Positions 26,462 to 37,941 of a DNA stretch of 64,000 nt are shown here, piece after piece. A program made the position numbers and the translations under genes. Position 1 is the stretch's first letter. Each line of letters starts with the position of its first letter. Source of the stretch: Acidimicrobium ferrooxidans (GTDB lineage Bacteria > Actinomycetota > Geothermincolia > Fen-727 > Anoxymicrobiaceae); contig DYIU01000003.1 of assembly GCA_020723485.1 (NCBI GenBank), positions 394,347-458,346 on the forward strand. Direction: 5' to 3'. The notes below the pieces were generated by a model. It was given only the letters and a program-made list of their open reading frames with translations. It had not been told where the DNA came from and did no database searches.

Positions 26462-27484
26462 TCAGAGCCCGATGTAACGCGAGTACAGGGACCGGGCTAC
26501 GCCCTCATCCGTGGTCCCCTTGATGATAGCCCTTCCCGTAGGGAATATCGTCAACTCATGATCGCCGGTTCTGAACACCAGGAGGTACCCGTTGCTCTCG
26601 ACCTCACCCACCCTGGCGAGGTCCGAGAGGAGCTCATCGAGGTCCAGCTCCTTCTCCTCGGCGGGGGTTATCTGCACGGCGTTCCTGCCGCACAACGACG
26701 TGGACCACGAGGTGGCTTTTCTCTCGAGGAAACTGAACTCCCCGCCCGAGCACGCCGGGCATCCGTCGAGGCGGTTGACGGGGAACTGGAGGAACTCGTT
26801 GTCCCAGACGTCGACGAACGTCAGGACTCCGGCCGGCATAGGGTTTCCGGACAGGTACTGGATGGCGTAAGTCGCCTGCAGGTCCCCGATGATGCCGGTG
26901 ACCGTGCCGAGCACTCCCAGCACGTCGCAGCCCTGCAGGGGCTCGGCGGGGCGCCCGGGCAGGTAGCAGCGGTAACAGGCGGTCTCCCACGGGATGACTG
27001 GCATGACCTGGCCGCACGACCCCACTGCCGCCCCGTGTACCCATGGCAGGTCCAGCTTAAGGCACGCGTCGTTCAGCAGGAAGCGTGCCTCAAGGTTGTC
27101 CGTCGCGTCCAGCGCCAGGTCGCAGCCGCGCAGGATGTCCTCGATGTTCGCGGGGACCACGTCGAGCGTGAGCGCCTCGATCTCGACCTCCGAGTTCACC
27201 GCCTCCAGGGACGAGGCGGCGGCCTTCGCCTTGGGCATTCTCAGTCGGGCGTGCTCTTCGTCGAACAGCGTCTGCCTCTGCAGGTTGTCGAGCTCGACGA
27301 AATCGCGGTCGGCTATCCTCAGGTGACCCACGCCCGCGCGCACCAGCCTGTCGGCGATGACGGTGCCCAGGGCTCCGCAGCCTATGAGCGCGGCGCGGGC
27401 GCCCGCCAGCCTCGCCTGACCCTCGGCGCCGATGGGTTCGAAGAGGCACTGCCTCGAATAGCGGTCCTCCTTCGAGCGGTCCAT
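26462..27484 (-). CDS. ThiF/MoeB-family E1-like adenylyltransferase with a C-terminal ~90-aa ubiquitin-like (ThiS/MoaD-like) extension
   Basis: Nucleotide-binding loop LIGCGALG. Zn pairs CYRC and CPAC. C-terminal tail ...HELTIFPTGRAIIKGT. GGAGG Shine-Dalgarno site. Lies 4 nt downstream of the mnmA stop. Confidence 0.75.
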   Translation of the reverse strand: MDRSKEDRYSRQCLFEPIGAEGQARLAGARAALIGCGALGTVIADRLVRAGVGHLRIADRDFVELDNLQRQTLFDEEHARLRMPKAKAAASSLEAVNSEVEIEALTLDVVPANIEDILRGCDLALDATDNLEARFLLNDACLKLDLPWVHGAAVGSCGQVMPVIPWETACYRCYLPGRPAEPLQGCDVLGVLGTVTGIIGDLQATYAIQYLSGNPMPAGVLTFVDVWDNEFLQFPVNRLDGCPACSGGEFSFLERKATSWSTSLCGRNAVQITPAEEKELDLDELLSDLARVGEVESNGYLLVFRTGDHELTIFPTGRAIIKGTTDEGVARSLYSRYIGL

Positions 27485-27488
27485 CTCA

Positions 27489-28583
27489 TCACTCCTCCAC
27501 CCTCGCGGCGACACCGCCGCCGACGACCTCGTCGCCCCGATACAGGACGACCGACTGGCCCGGGGCGGTGGGCTCCTGGGCGGCATGGAATTCGACGCGG
27601 GCCCGGCATCCGTCCAGCGGCAGCAGCGTAGCCGGGACCTCGGGCTTCCGGTACCTGGTCACCGCCGTGACCTCGACGGGCCCTCCGGGCTTCTCGATGG
27701 AGACGTAGTTCATCCTCTCGAGCAGGAGCCGCTCCTGCCCGCGGACCCGGCTCCCCGGAGCAACGATGACCGCGTTTCTTACGGGATCGACGTCGACGAC
27801 GTACATAGCTTCCCTCGTGGAGAGACCCAGCCCTCGCCGCTGGCCGACCGTATAGTTGTGAAGGCCTCCGTGTGTGCCGAGCACCGCCCCCGAATCGTCG
27901 AGTATCGGGCCGGTGCGCCAGGTGCCGGAAGCGTACTCCTCGATGAAGGACCGGTACCCGCCGGCCCCGACGAAGCAGACGTCCTGGCTCTCCTCCTTGT
28001 CGTGGACCTTGAGCCCCAGGCAGGCCGCGAGCTCCCTGGTGTCTTTCTTCTCCATTTCCCCCAGCGGGAACACCGCCGAGGCCAGCTGCTCCTGCGAGAG
28101 CGAGTAAAGGAAGTACGACTGGTCCTTGGAGCGGTCCGTTCCCCTCTCGAGGATGCGCCTGCCGGAATCCCGGTCGCGCGTCACCCTGGCGTAGTGACCG
28201 GTCGCCAGGAAAGGCGCGTTCAGCCCCCTGGCCGCGCGGAGCAGTTCCTCGAACTTGACCACCTCGTTACAGGGGATGCAGGGATTGGGCGTCTCGGCCC
28301 TGAGGTAGGAGGAGACGAAGTAGTCCACGACGGCCTTCCTGAAGACCTCCTCGAAGTTCAGGACGTAGAAAGGAATGCCCAGTTTCTCGGCTACGCGCCT
28401 CGCGTCGTCCATGGCTCCGATGCCGCAGCACGACCTCCGCTCGCCCGGCGCCTCGTCGGACCCGACCAGCCGGAGACCTATGCCCACCACGTCCAGGCTG
28501 GACTCCTTCAGGATAGCCGCGGCGACCGAGGAGTCGACCCCGCCCGACATCGCCACTACCACCCGCTCGCTCGGGGCGGGCAC
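27489..28583 (-). CDS. mnmA: tRNA-specific 2-thiouridylase MnmA
   Basis: PP-loop VVVAMSGGVDSS, catalytic cysteines, and a C-terminal beta-barrel domain. Probable GTG start at 28583, 1 nt after the cysE stop; the ORF track extends to 28685, overlapping cysE. Confidence 0.85.
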   Translation of the reverse strand: MPAPSERVVVAMSGGVDSSVAAAILKESSLDVVGIGLRLVGSDEAPGERRSCCGIGAMDDARRVAEKLGIPFYVLNFEEVFRKAVVDYFVSSYLRAETPNPCIPCNEVVKFEELLRAARGLNAPFLATGHYARVTRDRDSGRRILERGTDRSKDQSYFLYSLSQEQLASAVFPLGEMEKKDTRELAACLGLKVHDKEESQDVCFVGAGGYRSFIEEYASGTWRTGPILDDSGAVLGTHGGLHNYTVGQRRGLGLSTREAMYVVDVDPVRNAVIVAPGSRVRGQERLLLERMNYVSIEKPGGPVEVTAVTRYRKPEVPATLLPLDGCRARVEFHAAQEPTAPGQSVVLYRGDEVVGGGVAARVEE

Positions 28584-28584
28584 G

Positions 28585-29280
28585 CTACCTCTCCACGGCG
28601 CAGGCCGGAGGTTGTGCCTGCGCCCCCGCCTCCCCGGCGCGCTCGAGCCGCTCGAGCCTGCGGTCGATGTCCCCGAGCATCTCAATGAGTGGGTCTGGGA
28701 GGTCTCCGTGGTGGAGGTTCATCTGGGAGATCCTCTCCCCGGAGCAGACCGTCAGGCGACCCGGCACACCCACGACAGTGCAGTTGGGAGGCACGTCCTT
28801 GAGGACCACCGCGCCGGCGCCGACCTTCGAGTTGGCTCCCACCGTGATGGGACCGAGGACGCTCGCCCCCGCGGCTATGACCACGTTGTCGCCTATTGTC
28901 GGGTGCCGCTTTCCCTTCTGCTTGCCGGTGCCGCCAAGCGTCACCCCCTGGTACATGGTGACATTCCTCCCCACTTCCGCCGTCTCTCCTATCACCACAC
29001 CCATCCCGTGGTCGATGAAGAGCCCGCGCCCCAACACCGCCGCCTGGTGTATCTCGATGCCCGTGACCGCCCTTGCGAACATCGAAATGAGTCTCGGCAG
29101 TACCGGCACTTTCCCGCGGTGCAGGTAGCCGGCCAGCCGGTGTATCCAGATCGCGTGAAGCCCCGGGTATGAGAGGACGATCTCCAGTGTCCCCCGGGCC
29201 GCCGGGTCGCGCTCTTTCACGGCCCGGATGTCCTCCTTGAATATCTCAATCGCCTCATCAAGTCGTTTGTTCAAAGTCAT
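28585..29280 (-). CDS. cysE: Serine O-acetyltransferase
   Basis: N-terminal SATase helical domain plus hexapeptide repeats ([11 protein letters not shown]...IGDNVVI). Confidence 0.85.
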   Translation of the reverse strand: MTLNKRLDEAIEIFKEDIRAVKERDPAARGTLEIVLSYPGLHAIWIHRLAGYLHRGKVPVLPRLISMFARAVTGIEIHQAAVLGRGLFIDHGMGVVIGETAEVGRNVTMYQGVTLGGTGKQKGKRHPTIGDNVVIAAGASVLGPITVGANSKVGAGAVVLKDVPPNCTVVGVPGRLTVCSGERISQMNLHHGDLPDPLIEMLGDIDRRLERLERAGEAGAQAQPPACAVER

Positions 29281-29295
29281 TCGGCGTCTCCTTCG

Positions 29296-30462
29296 TCATC
29301 TGAACGCCCGCGAGTCTCCGACCTTGCGCAGCCGGTTCACTATGTCCGGCAGTGCCTGGAGGACCCTGTCGATATGCTCTACGGTGTTGTCCCGGCCGAA
29401 CGAGAAGCGCAGGCTCGCCTGAGCCATGAGCGGTTCCAGGCCCATCGCGAGCAGGACGTGCGAAGGCTCGGTGGCTCCGGACGAGCATGCCGAGCCGGTC
29501 GAGACGGCTATGCCGAGGAGGTCGAGGTTCAGGAGCAGCGCCTCGCCGTCCGTTCCCGGGAAACTCATGTTGAGGATATTGGGAAGGCAGTCGCCGTCGC
29601 GGCCGTTCCTGCTTACGCGCTCTATGCGCTCAGATATACCAGACGCCAGCTTCTCCTTCAGCAGCTCCAGGTGTTCCGTCGCCCCCGGGAGCTCCTCTAC
29701 GGCGAGCTCCAGCGCCCTTGCGAACGCGGCGATGCCTCCCACGTTCTCAGTGCCGGGCCGGAGGTTGTGCTCGTGATGGCCCCCGTAGACGATCGGGCGC
29801 AGGGCGGTACCTCTCCTCACGTAGAGCGCGCCTACTCCCTTCGGGCCGTAGATCTTGTGAGCGGACATCGACAGCATGTCCACCCCGAGCGCGTTCACGT
29901 CGACGGGCACCTTCCCCACGGCCTGCACGGCATCGCTGTGGAAGGCCACGCCCTTTCTTCGAGCGATCTCACCGACCTCGGCTATCGGCTGTATCGTGCC
30001 GGTTTCGTTGTTCGCGAACATCACCGAGATGAGTGTCGTCTCGGGCCTGATCGCTTCCACGACCCGCGCGGGCTCGAGCCGGCATTCGCGGTCGACCGGG
30101 AGGTAGGTCACCTGGAATCCCTCTTCCTCGAGAGCGGCGCAGCAGTTGAGAACCGCCGGGTGCTCTATCGCGGTCGTTATCAGGTGGTTTCCCCTGTCCC
30201 TTAGCGCGTATGCGGCGCCCCTTACGGCCAGGTTGTCGCTCTCCGTCCCGCCGCCGGTGAAGATAACCTCTCCGGGTTCCGCGCCGATGGCCGCCGCGGC
30301 CTTCTCCCTTGACTCCTCGAGCACCCTCTTGGCCTCCTGGCCGAACGAATGAATGCTGGAGGCGTTACCGAACGTCGCCGAGAGGGTCTCCTCGAGGACC
30401 TCCAGGACCTCGGGTCGGGGCGGAGTCGTCGCCGCGTGGTCCAGGTAGACACCTTTTTCCAT
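29296..30462 (-). CDS. iscS: Cysteine desulfurase (IscS/NifS family, PLP-dependent)
   Basis: SAHKIYGPKGVGALYV (the PLP-Lys) and SGSACSS (the active-site Cys loop). Start taken at MEKGVYLDHAATT with an AAGGAG Shine-Dalgarno site. Confidence 0.85.
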   Translation of the reverse strand: MEKGVYLDHAATTPPRPEVLEVLEETLSATFGNASSIHSFGQEAKRVLEESREKAAAAIGAEPGEVIFTGGGTESDNLAVRGAAYALRDRGNHLITTAIEHPAVLNCCAALEEEGFQVTYLPVDRECRLEPARVVEAIRPETTLISVMFANNETGTIQPIAEVGEIARRKGVAFHSDAVQAVGKVPVDVNALGVDMLSMSAHKIYGPKGVGALYVRRGTALRPIVYGGHHEHNLRPGTENVGGIAAFARALELAVEELPGATEHLELLKEKLASGISERIERVSRNGRDGDCLPNILNMSFPGTDGEALLLNLDLLGIAVSTGSACSSGATEPSHVLLAMGLEPLMAQASLRFSFGRDNTVEHIDRVLQALPDIVNRLRKVGDSRAFR

Positions 30463-30470
30463 ATTCTCCT

Positions 30471-31310
30471 TCACCCGCTCCGCGATAAAGCGCCCACGAG
30501 CCGTTCGTGGCGCGCGCAGAATTCCGTCTCGGCGTAAAGCTGGGAGAACAGGAGGTCCTTCTGCCAGTGGGCGTTGAACAGCCTGCAGCCTCTCTCCTGA
30601 CAGAACGGTTCCCCGGTCATGTAATAGAAGGCGGCCTGAGCGACATAGCCCTTGATGACCTCTGTCGTACGGGGATCCTCTGGTACGAGCCACTCCCCGG
30701 GCCCGCCTTCCGCGGCGGGCGGCCCGGGGATTCCGAGCTGCCTGCCCAGGTAGTACGACCTGGGCCTTGCAGGTGCCACGACCAGCCCTGAGGTCGAGAC
30801 AACGGTCGGATGGCCGAACACGGCAACCCTCGCGTGGTAACGGGAGTCCCCTTCGTCGAATGTGCCGAAGAGCTGGTCTGTGATCACCACGACCAGGTCC
30901 TCGGGGGAGACGCCCGCGCCTGACATGAGCCGGCCATATGCAGCGCAGAGGCTGAACCCGTCGTACAGGACCCCGGCCGGTCTCGGGGGTTCACGCTCGA
31001 GCATCCGCCTCTCGTACGCGAGCACATGCGGCGAGGGCGCGCCCGCCGGCCTTTCTGCGCCCGGTTCCGTGACCCGCGCGGCCGCGAGCCCGCCCGCAAG
31101 CTCTTCCCTTGCCTCTTCGACACGCGACGCATCGGTCCGCTCCAGGCAGAAGGCGATGAGGTCCCCGTGTCGTTCGACCTCCGGGCCGCCGAGCAGTCTC
31201 TCCCCGTAACGTGCCAGTTCCTCGACGTCCACGGACGGGGACCCTGAGCTGTCGAACAGCATCGCGCCCGGGGGGCGGGTCAGCTCCAGGAGGCTTTCAA
31301 CCTCTCTCAA
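30471..31310 (-). CDS. Conserved hypothetical protein inside the sulfur operon. Carries Cys motifs FCQERGC and FCARHE.
   Basis: 279-aa ORF with a TTG start and a GAGGTGA Shine-Dalgarno site. It is tightly packed between thi4 and iscS. Confidence 0.45.
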   Translation of the reverse strand: MREVESLLELTRPPGAMLFDSSGSPSVDVEELARYGERLLGGPEVERHGDLIAFCLERTDASRVEEAREELAGGLAAARVTEPGAERPAGAPSPHVLAYERRMLEREPPRPAGVLYDGFSLCAAYGRLMSGAGVSPEDLVVVITDQLFGTFDEGDSRYHARVAVFGHPTVVSTSGLVVAPARPRSYYLGRQLGIPGPPAAEGGPGEWLVPEDPRTTEVIKGYVAQAAFYYMTGEPFCQERGCRLFNAHWQKDLLFSQLYAETEFCARHERLVGALSRSG

Positions 31311-32082
31311 GGATCACCTCAGCGGCCCTCTTCCCGGAAAGGAGCATCCCGCCGAAGGTCGGGCCCATCCTCGGCAGGCCGAACGCGGTGCTGACAGCCA
31401 TGCCCGTGACGATGAGGCCCGGCCATATCTCGCACGTGTGCTCCAGTATCAGGTCCTCGGACTGCTCCACCCACATTGCATCGTGCCCGGGCAGCTCCAG
31501 CACTCCCCTCTCGGCGAGCTTCGCCAGGACCATTGCGTCGTGGCCGGTCGCGTCGACTACCACGTTCGCCTCGATGGCGATAGGGTCGACACACGTTATC
31601 TGCCTCGGGAGAGCCTGGATGGGGGTCCAGTTGATGACCACCCCGCTGACCCGGTTCCCCTCCCTGATGACAAGGTCGTCGAAGACCGTCATGTTGAGAG
31701 TCTTCGCTCCCGCGTCGCAGGCCGCCGCGATGAGCTTCGAGCAGGCGTGCGGGCCGTCTGCCACGTAGAGCCCCGGGCTCGCCTCCTTGAACGGGATGCC
31801 GAGCTCCTCCAGCTCGAGCTGTGAGGGCGCCCGCGCGGTAATCTTGTTCATCAGGTATCCGCCTATCCAGAACCCTCCCCCCAGGTAGTTGTTTCGCTCG
31901 ATCACCACGACGCTCCGCCCGGCATCGGCGAGGACGCGGGCTGCAGTCAGCCCGCTCGGACCGGCGCCGATTATCACGACGTCGCTCTCGACGAACTCTT
32001 CGAAGGTGGCGGCGAACTCAGTGACAATCGCGCGGGATACGTCCTTCTCCGAGACCCTGGCGAAGACCGGTTCTTTTCCCAT
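31297..32082 (-). CDS. thi4: Thiazole synthase Thi4 (sulfide-dependent ADP-thiazole synthase family)
   Basis: [20 protein letters not shown] fold. [16 protein letters not shown]-terminal [34 protein letters not shown] Shine-Dalgarno site. Confidence 0.8.
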   Translation of the reverse strand: MGKEPVFARVSEKDVSRAIVTEFAATFEEFVESDVVIIGAGPSGLTAARVLADAGRSVVVIERNNYLGGGFWIGGYLMNKITARAPSQLELEELGIPFKEASPGLYVADGPHACSKLIAAACDAGAKTLNMTVFDDLVIREGNRVSGVVINWTPIQALPRQITCVDPIAIEANVVVDATGHDAMVLAKLAERGVLELPGHDAMWVEQSEDLILEHTCEIWPGLIVTGMAVSTAFGLPRMGPTFGGMLLSGKRAAEVILERG

Positions 32083-32108
32083 CAGCGTTCCTTTCCTTCT
32101 CCTGGTGC

Positions 32109-33065
32109 TTACAGCTGGGCGCTCTCCGTCGAATCCACCGGCTCCTCGAAGAGCCACGTGGACAGGTAGCGCTCCCCGGTGTCCGGGAGGACCACCACGA
32201 TGAGCTTACCCTCGTTCTGGGGCCTCGCCGCCACCTGGACCGCCGCCCAGGTCGCCGCGCCGGAAGAGATGCCCGCGAGTATGCCCTCGCGCGTCGCGAG
32301 CGCCCTCGCCGTCTGGCCGGCAAGCTCGTCCTCAACCGTGATGATCTCGTCGATGAGGTCCGTCCTGAGGACCTCCGGCACGAACCCCGCGCCGATACCC
32401 TGGATCTTGTGAGGGCTTGGCTGGCCCCCCGAGAGCACGGGCGACTTCGCCGGCTCGACCGCTACGGCCTGTAGATCGGGCTTCTTCTCCTTGAGCACCT
32501 CGGCCACCCCGGTGATCGTCCCGCCCGTCCCCACGCCGGCGACCACGATGTCCACCCTGCCGTCAGTGTCCTCCCATATCTCCCGCGCGGTGGTCTCGCG
32601 GTGGATCCTCGGGTTCGCCGGGTTCTTGAACTGCTGGGGCATGAAACCGTTGGAGGTCTCCTTGAGGAGTCGCTCAGCCTCGGCGATGGCCCCGGGCATT
32701 CCCTTGGGGCCCGGGGTGAGCACCAGCTCCGCGCCGAATATGGCCATCAGTTTCCTGCGCTCGACGCTCATGGTCTCGGGCATGGTCAGAACGAGCCTGT
32801 ATCCCCGCGCGGCGCACACGAATGCCAGTGCGATACCGGTGTTACCGCTCGTCGGTTCGATTATCGTCGTCTCCGGGGTGATGAGTCCGGAATCCTCCGC
32901 GTCGGCTATCATGCTCACGCCGATGCGGTCCTTTACGCTCGACTGGGGGTTGAACGACTCGAGCTTCGCGTAGACCTCCGCCCCGGCTCCTTCTGTCACC
33001 CTCCTCAGTCTGACCAGCGGCGTGTTGCCTATTGTCTGCGTTATGTCCTCGTATAACCTGCTCAC
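32109..33065 (-). CDS. cysK: Cysteine synthase (O-acetylserine sulfhydrylase)
   Basis: SVKDRIG PLP-Lys motif. [17 protein letters not shown] start at 33065 with an upstream extended -10 (TGTACAAT). The ORF track's 105-codon N-terminal extension was discarded. Confidence 0.85.
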   Translation of the reverse strand: MSRLYEDITQTIGNTPLVRLRRVTEGAGAEVYAKLESFNPQSSVKDRIGVSMIADAEDSGLITPETTIIEPTSGNTGIALAFVCAARGYRLVLTMPETMSVERRKLMAIFGAELVLTPGPKGMPGAIAEAERLLKETSNGFMPQQFKNPANPRIHRETTAREIWEDTDGRVDIVVAGVGTGGTITGVAEVLKEKKPDLQAVAVEPAKSPVLSGGQPSPHKIQGIGAGFVPEVLRTDLIDEIITVEDELAGQTARALATREGILAGISSGAATWAAVQVAARPQNEGKLIVVVLPDTGERYLSTWLFEEPVDSTESAQL

Positions 33066-33208
33066 TTTTCCGTCCTTTCCCCGAGTCCGGTCGGTATTGT
33101 ACACTATTTTGATAGGTTTTGTAGGTTGATGATAGTACCCGTCCGCCTCTCGTGTCAAGGTCGGTGGCCCCTCCTGACAGAAGGGCACCCCGCCGCCATG
33201 GCACAAAG

Positions 33209-33236
33209 GCAAAATGGGACCTGACCCCTTGTTGCA
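33209..33236. repeat. Copy D of the repeat family (GCAAAATGGGACCTGACCCCTTGTTGCA). The central GGTCAGGTC core is inverted relative to copies A and B. It lies about 145 nt upstream of the cysK start.
   Basis: The flanks GCAAAAT/TTGTTGCA are shared with 11230 and 59880; the core is the reverse complement. Confidence 0.5.
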
Positions 33237-33315
33237 AGAAGCGATAGCCGGGGGCACCGAGCAATGCCTCCGGCTATCCACGCATCCTTGAAGGGGGTAC
33301 AGTCGTTCTCGAGCT

Positions 33316-36240
33316 TCACCTCCTTCCCGGCGATGCGCTTTCGCGCGCCGCCGTTCCCGCTTGCCCTGTGGTTCCAACGCCGGCTTGACGGTTGCCTGTG
33401 ATCAATTCGTCCCTGCCCTGGCCCACGGTCGTCACCTGCCCGCTCCCTGCGGAGCCGAGCGCGGCGGCGCCGTCCGCAACGGTGTTTCCGATCGAACTCG
33501 CTGCCCGGGGCTCCGGGCTCCTGCCCATGGTCCCGTCGTCCTTCATCGCCGAGCTGATCTGCGCGAACCAGACGAAGAGGAGGGCGAAGACGACCACCAT
33601 GACCACCGGTGCGATCCTGGACACCCAGTTCGTCCTCCCCGGCTTGAAGCGCCTCAGAAGCAGCGAGTTCGAGACGACGGAGATCGAGCTGAGCACCATG
33701 GCCAGGCCCGCCAGTTCCGGCCTCAGCGCGATGCCCAGGGCGGCGAACACGCCCGCCGCGATGGGGATTCCCATAACGTTGTAGAAGAGGGCGAAGAACA
33801 TGTTCTGACGGACCTTGCCGAACGTCTCCTTCGAAAGCTGCTTCGCGGTGACGACGTCCCTCAGGTCGTCTTTGATTATCACGATGCCGCCGGTCTCCAT
33901 CGCCACGTCCGTGCCTGAGCCCATCGCCACCCCGAGGTCGGCCTGGGCGAGCGCGGGCGCGTCGTTGATGCCGTCACCCACCATCGCGACCCTCTCTCCA
34001 CTCGCCTGCAGCTTCTTCACCTCGCTCGCCTTGTCCTCAGGCAGGACCTCGGCCAGGACGTTCCCGATTCCCAGTTCGCCGGCGATCGCCCCGGCGGTGC
34101 GCCGGTTGTCCCCGGTGATCATGTAGATATCGAGGCCCATGTCCTCTAGCTCCGAGATCGCCTCGCGGGACGTATCCTTGACGGTGTCGGCGACCGCCAC
34201 GGCCCCCAGCACCTTCTCGCTCGAGGAGAGTATCATCACGGTTTTTCCCTGCTCTTCGAGCCCCGAAACCGTTGAGTCGATCCCTTCCAGCTCCAGGCCG
34301 ACGACCTCGGTGGCGAGCTTCCGGTTGCCGAAGAAATAACGGCTTCCTTCCACCTGGCCCTGCACCCCCAGGCCGGGGACCGCCCTGAAATCCGAGACGT
34401 CGCGGACCGGGATCGAACGGCCGAGCGCGTGGCCGTATACCGCCTCGGCCAGCGGGTGCTCGGAGGATTTTTCCAGGGATGCCGATATGCGCAGGACGTC
34501 ACTCTCGCTGAACCCGTTGAACGTCAGGACATCCGTCACCTCGGGCTCGCCGTTGGTCAGCGTACCGGTCTTGTCGAAGACGATGGACGTCACCTTCTCA
34601 GCCGACTCCAGCGGCTCGCCTCCCTTGACGAGTATGCCGTACTCCGCGCCCTTGCCGGTGCCGACCATTATGGCGGTGGGGGTGGCAAGTCCCAGAGCGC
34701 ACGGGCAGGCGATGACGATAACGGCGGTGAACGCCATCAGCGAGTAGGTCAGGGACGCGCTGAGGAATACGAACCAGACGGTGAAGGTCAACGCGGCGAT
34801 TGCCAGGACCGCGGGCACGAAGTACTTCGATACCCTGTCCGCGAAGCCCTGGATCGGCGCCTTGGAGCCCTGTGCGTCCTCGATGAGGCGGATTATCTGG
34901 GCGAGCATGGTCTCGGAGCCGACGCGGGTCGCCTCGAACTCGAAGCTCCCGGTCTTGTTGATGGTGACGCCGATCACCGTGTCGCCCACGTTCTTCTCGA
35001 CGGGGATGCTCTCGCCCGTGACCATCGACTCGTCCACAGCCGAGGAACCCCGGGTGATGACTCCGTCGACCGGGACCTTCTCCCCGGGACGGACCAGGAT
35101 GATGTCGCCGTGGACGACGTCCTCCACCGGTATGTCATCGGTGACGCCGTCCCTTATGACGCGCGCCGTCTTCGCCTGCAGGCCCATGAGCTTTTTGATG
35201 GCCTCGGACGTCTTGCCCTTCGCCCGCGCCTCCAGCCACTTGCCGAGCAGCACGAAAGTGATCAGGAACGCCGCCGTCTCGAAGTACATGTTGGGGACCT
35301 TGGCGCCGTCCATGCCGATCAGGGTCGAGTTTGACACGGCGTAGGATATGTATACCGCCAGGCTGTAGAAGTAGGCCGTCGATGTCCCGATCGCGATGAG
35401 GCTGTCCATGTTGAAGGTCCTCATGCGCAGGCTCGACCACGCGCCCTTGTAGAACCCCGCGCCCGCGATGAACTGCACGGGGGTGGCCAGTATGAGGGAG
35501 ACGATTGCGAAGTACGGGGGCAGGGACCCGGCGCCCGGCAGCCATTTGAAGAAATCGAGGAGCATGAAATAGAGCATGGGAAGGCTCAATACCAGGCTGA
35601 ACAGGAACCTGTTCCTGTAGCTCCTGATCTCCCTCTCTCGCCTGTCCGACTCCTGCTCGCTCTCCCTCTCGCCGACGACCGCCGCCCTGTAACCGGCCTT
35701 CCTGACCGCCTCGACGAGGTCTTCAGGCGATACCGTCACGGGATCGTAGTCCACGTACGCCTTCTCGGCGGCGAAGTTCACCGAGGCCTGCCTCACGCCC
35801 TGAGTCTTGTTGAGCGCACGTTCGATGACGGCAGCGCACGAGGTGCAGTGCATCCCTGAGAGTGAAAGCCCGACCCTGCCCGCGGAGCTCCCGGCCTCCA
35901 TGCCGCCGGTTTCCCCGCGGTGGCCGCCGCTCCCCTCCCCGGTCGAATCATGTTCGCCGGGGCCGGGGAGCGGTACGCCGGTGTCGGCTTCGGGGGCGCC
36001 GGGGCCTGCGCCCTCATCGCTGTCGTCGATGAGCTCCGCCCGGTAACCCTCGGCTTCTATCAGGTTGAGGACCATCTGCACCGGGATGATGTCGACCTCC
36101 GCCACAACGGTGCCAGTACCGCTCTCGTAATCGAACTCGGCCGTGCGTACACCGTCCGCGCAAAGGAGGGCATCCTCGATGAGCCGCGCGCAGGAGTTGC
36201 AGTGCATGTCTTCCACCTTGAGCCTGAGTACTCTCTCCAT
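33316..36240 (-). CDS. copA: Copper-translocating P1B-type ATPase with two N-terminal HMA domains
   Basis: MHCNSCA and MHCTSCA metal-binding sites. CPC in TM6. [21 protein letters not shown] Shine-Dalgarno site. Confidence 0.9.
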   Translation of the reverse strand: MERVLRLKVEDMHCNSCARLIEDALLCADGVRTAEFDYESGTGTVVAEVDIIPVQMVLNLIEAEGYRAELIDDSDEGAGPGAPEADTGVPLPGPGEHDSTGEGSGGHRGETGGMEAGSSAGRVGLSLSGMHCTSCAAVIERALNKTQGVRQASVNFAAEKAYVDYDPVTVSPEDLVEAVRKAGYRAAVVGERESEQESDRREREIRSYRNRFLFSLVLSLPMLYFMLLDFFKWLPGAGSLPPYFAIVSLILATPVQFIAGAGFYKGAWSSLRMRTFNMDSLIAIGTSTAYFYSLAVYISYAVSNSTLIGMDGAKVPNMYFETAAFLITFVLLGKWLEARAKGKTSEAIKKLMGLQAKTARVIRDGVTDDIPVEDVVHGDIILVRPGEKVPVDGVITRGSSAVDESMVTGESIPVEKNVGDTVIGVTINKTGSFEFEATRVGSETMLAQIIRLIEDAQGSKAPIQGFADRVSKYFVPAVLAIAALTFTVWFVFLSASLTYSLMAFTAVIVIACPCALGLATPTAIMVGTGKGAEYGILVKGGEPLESAEKVTSIVFDKTGTLTNGEPEVTDVLTFNGFSESDVLRISASLEKSSEHPLAEAVYGHALGRSIPVRDVSDFRAVPGLGVQGQVEGSRYFFGNRKLATEVVGLELEGIDSTVSGLEEQGKTVMILSSSEKVLGAVAVADTVKDTSREAISELEDMGLDIYMITGDNRRTAGAIAGELGIGNVLAEVLPEDKASEVKKLQASGERVAMVGDGINDAPALAQADLGVAMGSGTDVAMETGGIVIIKDDLRDVVTAKQLSKETFGKVRQNMFFALFYNVMGIPIAAGVFAALGIALRPELAGLAMVLSSISVVSNSLLLRRFKPGRTNWVSRIAPVVMVVVFALLFVWFAQISSAMKDDGTMGRSPEPRAASSIGNTVADGAAALGSAGSGQVTTVGQGRDELITGNRQAGVGTTGQAGTAARESASPGRR

Positions 36241-36362
36241 AACAGCCTCCCGGGTTCTTATACCTATACCTATGGTAGGGGTACCAGACAGGAAAGTCAA
36301 GTGTTTTGGTAGGTTATTTCACCGGGAATATTGAACGCTCTGGAGGCCCTGTCTGTGCGGCT

Positions 36363-37886
36363 CTACCCGCAGCACCCGCCCCGGGCCGGGGCGGGGGTTT
36401 CATCCTTCTTGAGGTCGGTCTTGCCCGGTTTTGCAGGGTCCACTACGTCCATGTAACCGGCGACCATCCCCATCCAGCAGCTGAACCGGTACCGCCCCGG
36501 TTCATCGACCTTGAACTCCTTGACGCTGGTTTTGCCGGGGGTCAGGGCGATCTCGCCGCTGAAGAGGTCCTGTGCGATGATGGCGTTGGTGCAGCCGCTC
36601 GTCCCGGTATCCTCTATCTCCCACTTCACCGGGACTCCCGCACGCACAGTCAGGTGGTCAGGACTGTAACCAGACGACGAAGCCTCCATCTCGAGGACCT
36701 GCTTGCCGTCAACGATCTCAGGGAGCTTCACATCGGCCTTCGCCGCGGTCGGTGCCTTGCCAGGGCTGAAGAGGTCCCCGAGGTTCGGCGCGTCCAGCAC
36801 GACCAGCTGATTGTTGATGTTGAACAGCGCGAAGAACAGCACCAGGACTCCTGCGACCTTCAGGAAGGTCGCGGCCAGCCTCGGCTTCTCGAGGAACTTC
36901 ACGCTGGAAAAGCCTATCACCAGCAGCATCGGCAGGGTCCCGAGAGCGAAAGCAAGCATTATGAGAGAGCCCTGGAGCGGATTCCCCGACAGCAGGGCGA
37001 AGCTCTGCGCGGTTATGGTGAACCCACACGGAACAAAGAACGTCAGGGCGCCCATCGCGAGCGGCATGTACCTTCCCTTGAAGTGAGTCTCGTCGGCCAC
37101 GTAACGGGTGACGGACTTCGGCATTGTGAACTGGAACCGGCGAAAGGACTGCACCCCCAGCATCTGGAGACCAAGTACGATCATCACAATCGAGATGGCT
37201 ATTACCATTAGTGCGGAAAACGACGGCGTCAGCCTCAATGTCCCCCCGATGCCGGCAAGCAGCGCCCCGAGCAGGGCAAACGAGACCAGCCGGCCCGCGT
37301 TGAACAGGAGGTGCGGCTCCAGCCTCTTTTTCAACGGATCATCAGGGGAGTAAAGCTCGCCCCACTGCTTGGACATCGACAGGACTATCCCGCCGACGAG
37401 CGCCGCGCAGCTCGAGAAGCCCGCGACCAGGCCGAGCAGGAGGAACACCGGGAGCGAGGACCCGCTGTCCACTTTAACAAGCCCGGTCACCCCCGCCCTC
37501 TGGAGCAGTATGACGAGAGCGACGGCCGAGACGGCCACTCCAGCTACCTTCCCTGCGTCCTTCAGCCGCGAGGAGCCGCCGGCAGCCTTCGGGCTGAGTG
37601 AGAACCTGTACCCCTCCTTCTCGAAAAGCCTGTTCAGGTCTTCAACCTTAGGCGGGCGGCCCTCGTACTCGACTGTGACGGTCTCCCTCGAGACCGACGC
37701 CTCGACCGAGTGGAGCCCGTCGAGCCCTATCAGCTTCTTCTCGATGATGACCTCGCAGGCGGGGCAGTGCATGCCCTCGACGTAGAAGTCTCGCTCGAGA
37801 GCGCCGCCCCTCCCGCGCGCCACATTCGTGGCCTTCGCCCTGTTCGTCCGCTTGTTCTTCTTTCCTGACTTGCCTCGCCTGGCCAT
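36363..37886 (-). CDS. HMA-domain membrane protein: an N-terminal MxCxxC metallochaperone domain fused to a DsbD_2/TauE-like polytopic permease and a C-terminal soluble beta-rich domain ending ...GGCCG
   Basis: GMHCPACE. 8-9 TM helices. The C-terminal approximately 120 residues are hydrophilic with terminal Cys-Cys. Confidence 0.6.
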   Translation of the reverse strand: MARRGKSGKKNKRTNRAKATNVARGRGGALERDFYVEGMHCPACEVIIEKKLIGLDGLHSVEASVSRETVTVEYEGRPPKVEDLNRLFEKEGYRFSLSPKAAGGSSRLKDAGKVAGVAVSAVALVILLQRAGVTGLVKVDSGSSLPVFLLLGLVAGFSSCAALVGGIVLSMSKQWGELYSPDDPLKKRLEPHLLFNAGRLVSFALLGALLAGIGGTLRLTPSFSALMVIAISIVMIVLGLQMLGVQSFRRFQFTMPKSVTRYVADETHFKGRYMPLAMGALTFFVPCGFTITAQSFALLSGNPLQGSLIMLAFALGTLPMLLVIGFSSVKFLEKPRLAATFLKVAGVLVLFFALFNINNQLVVLDAPNLGDLFSPGKAPTAAKADVKLPEIVDGKQVLEMEASSSGYSPDHLTVRAGVPVKWEIEDTGTSGCTNAIIAQDLFSGEIALTPGKTSVKEFKVDEPGRYRFSCWMGMVAGYMDVVDPAKPGKTDLKKDETPAPARGGCCG

Positions 37887-37941
37887 CCCTGATCGCTCCC
37901 TCTGTAGGCCGGGTACCCGGCGCCCCGCAGGTCCAGCCCGC

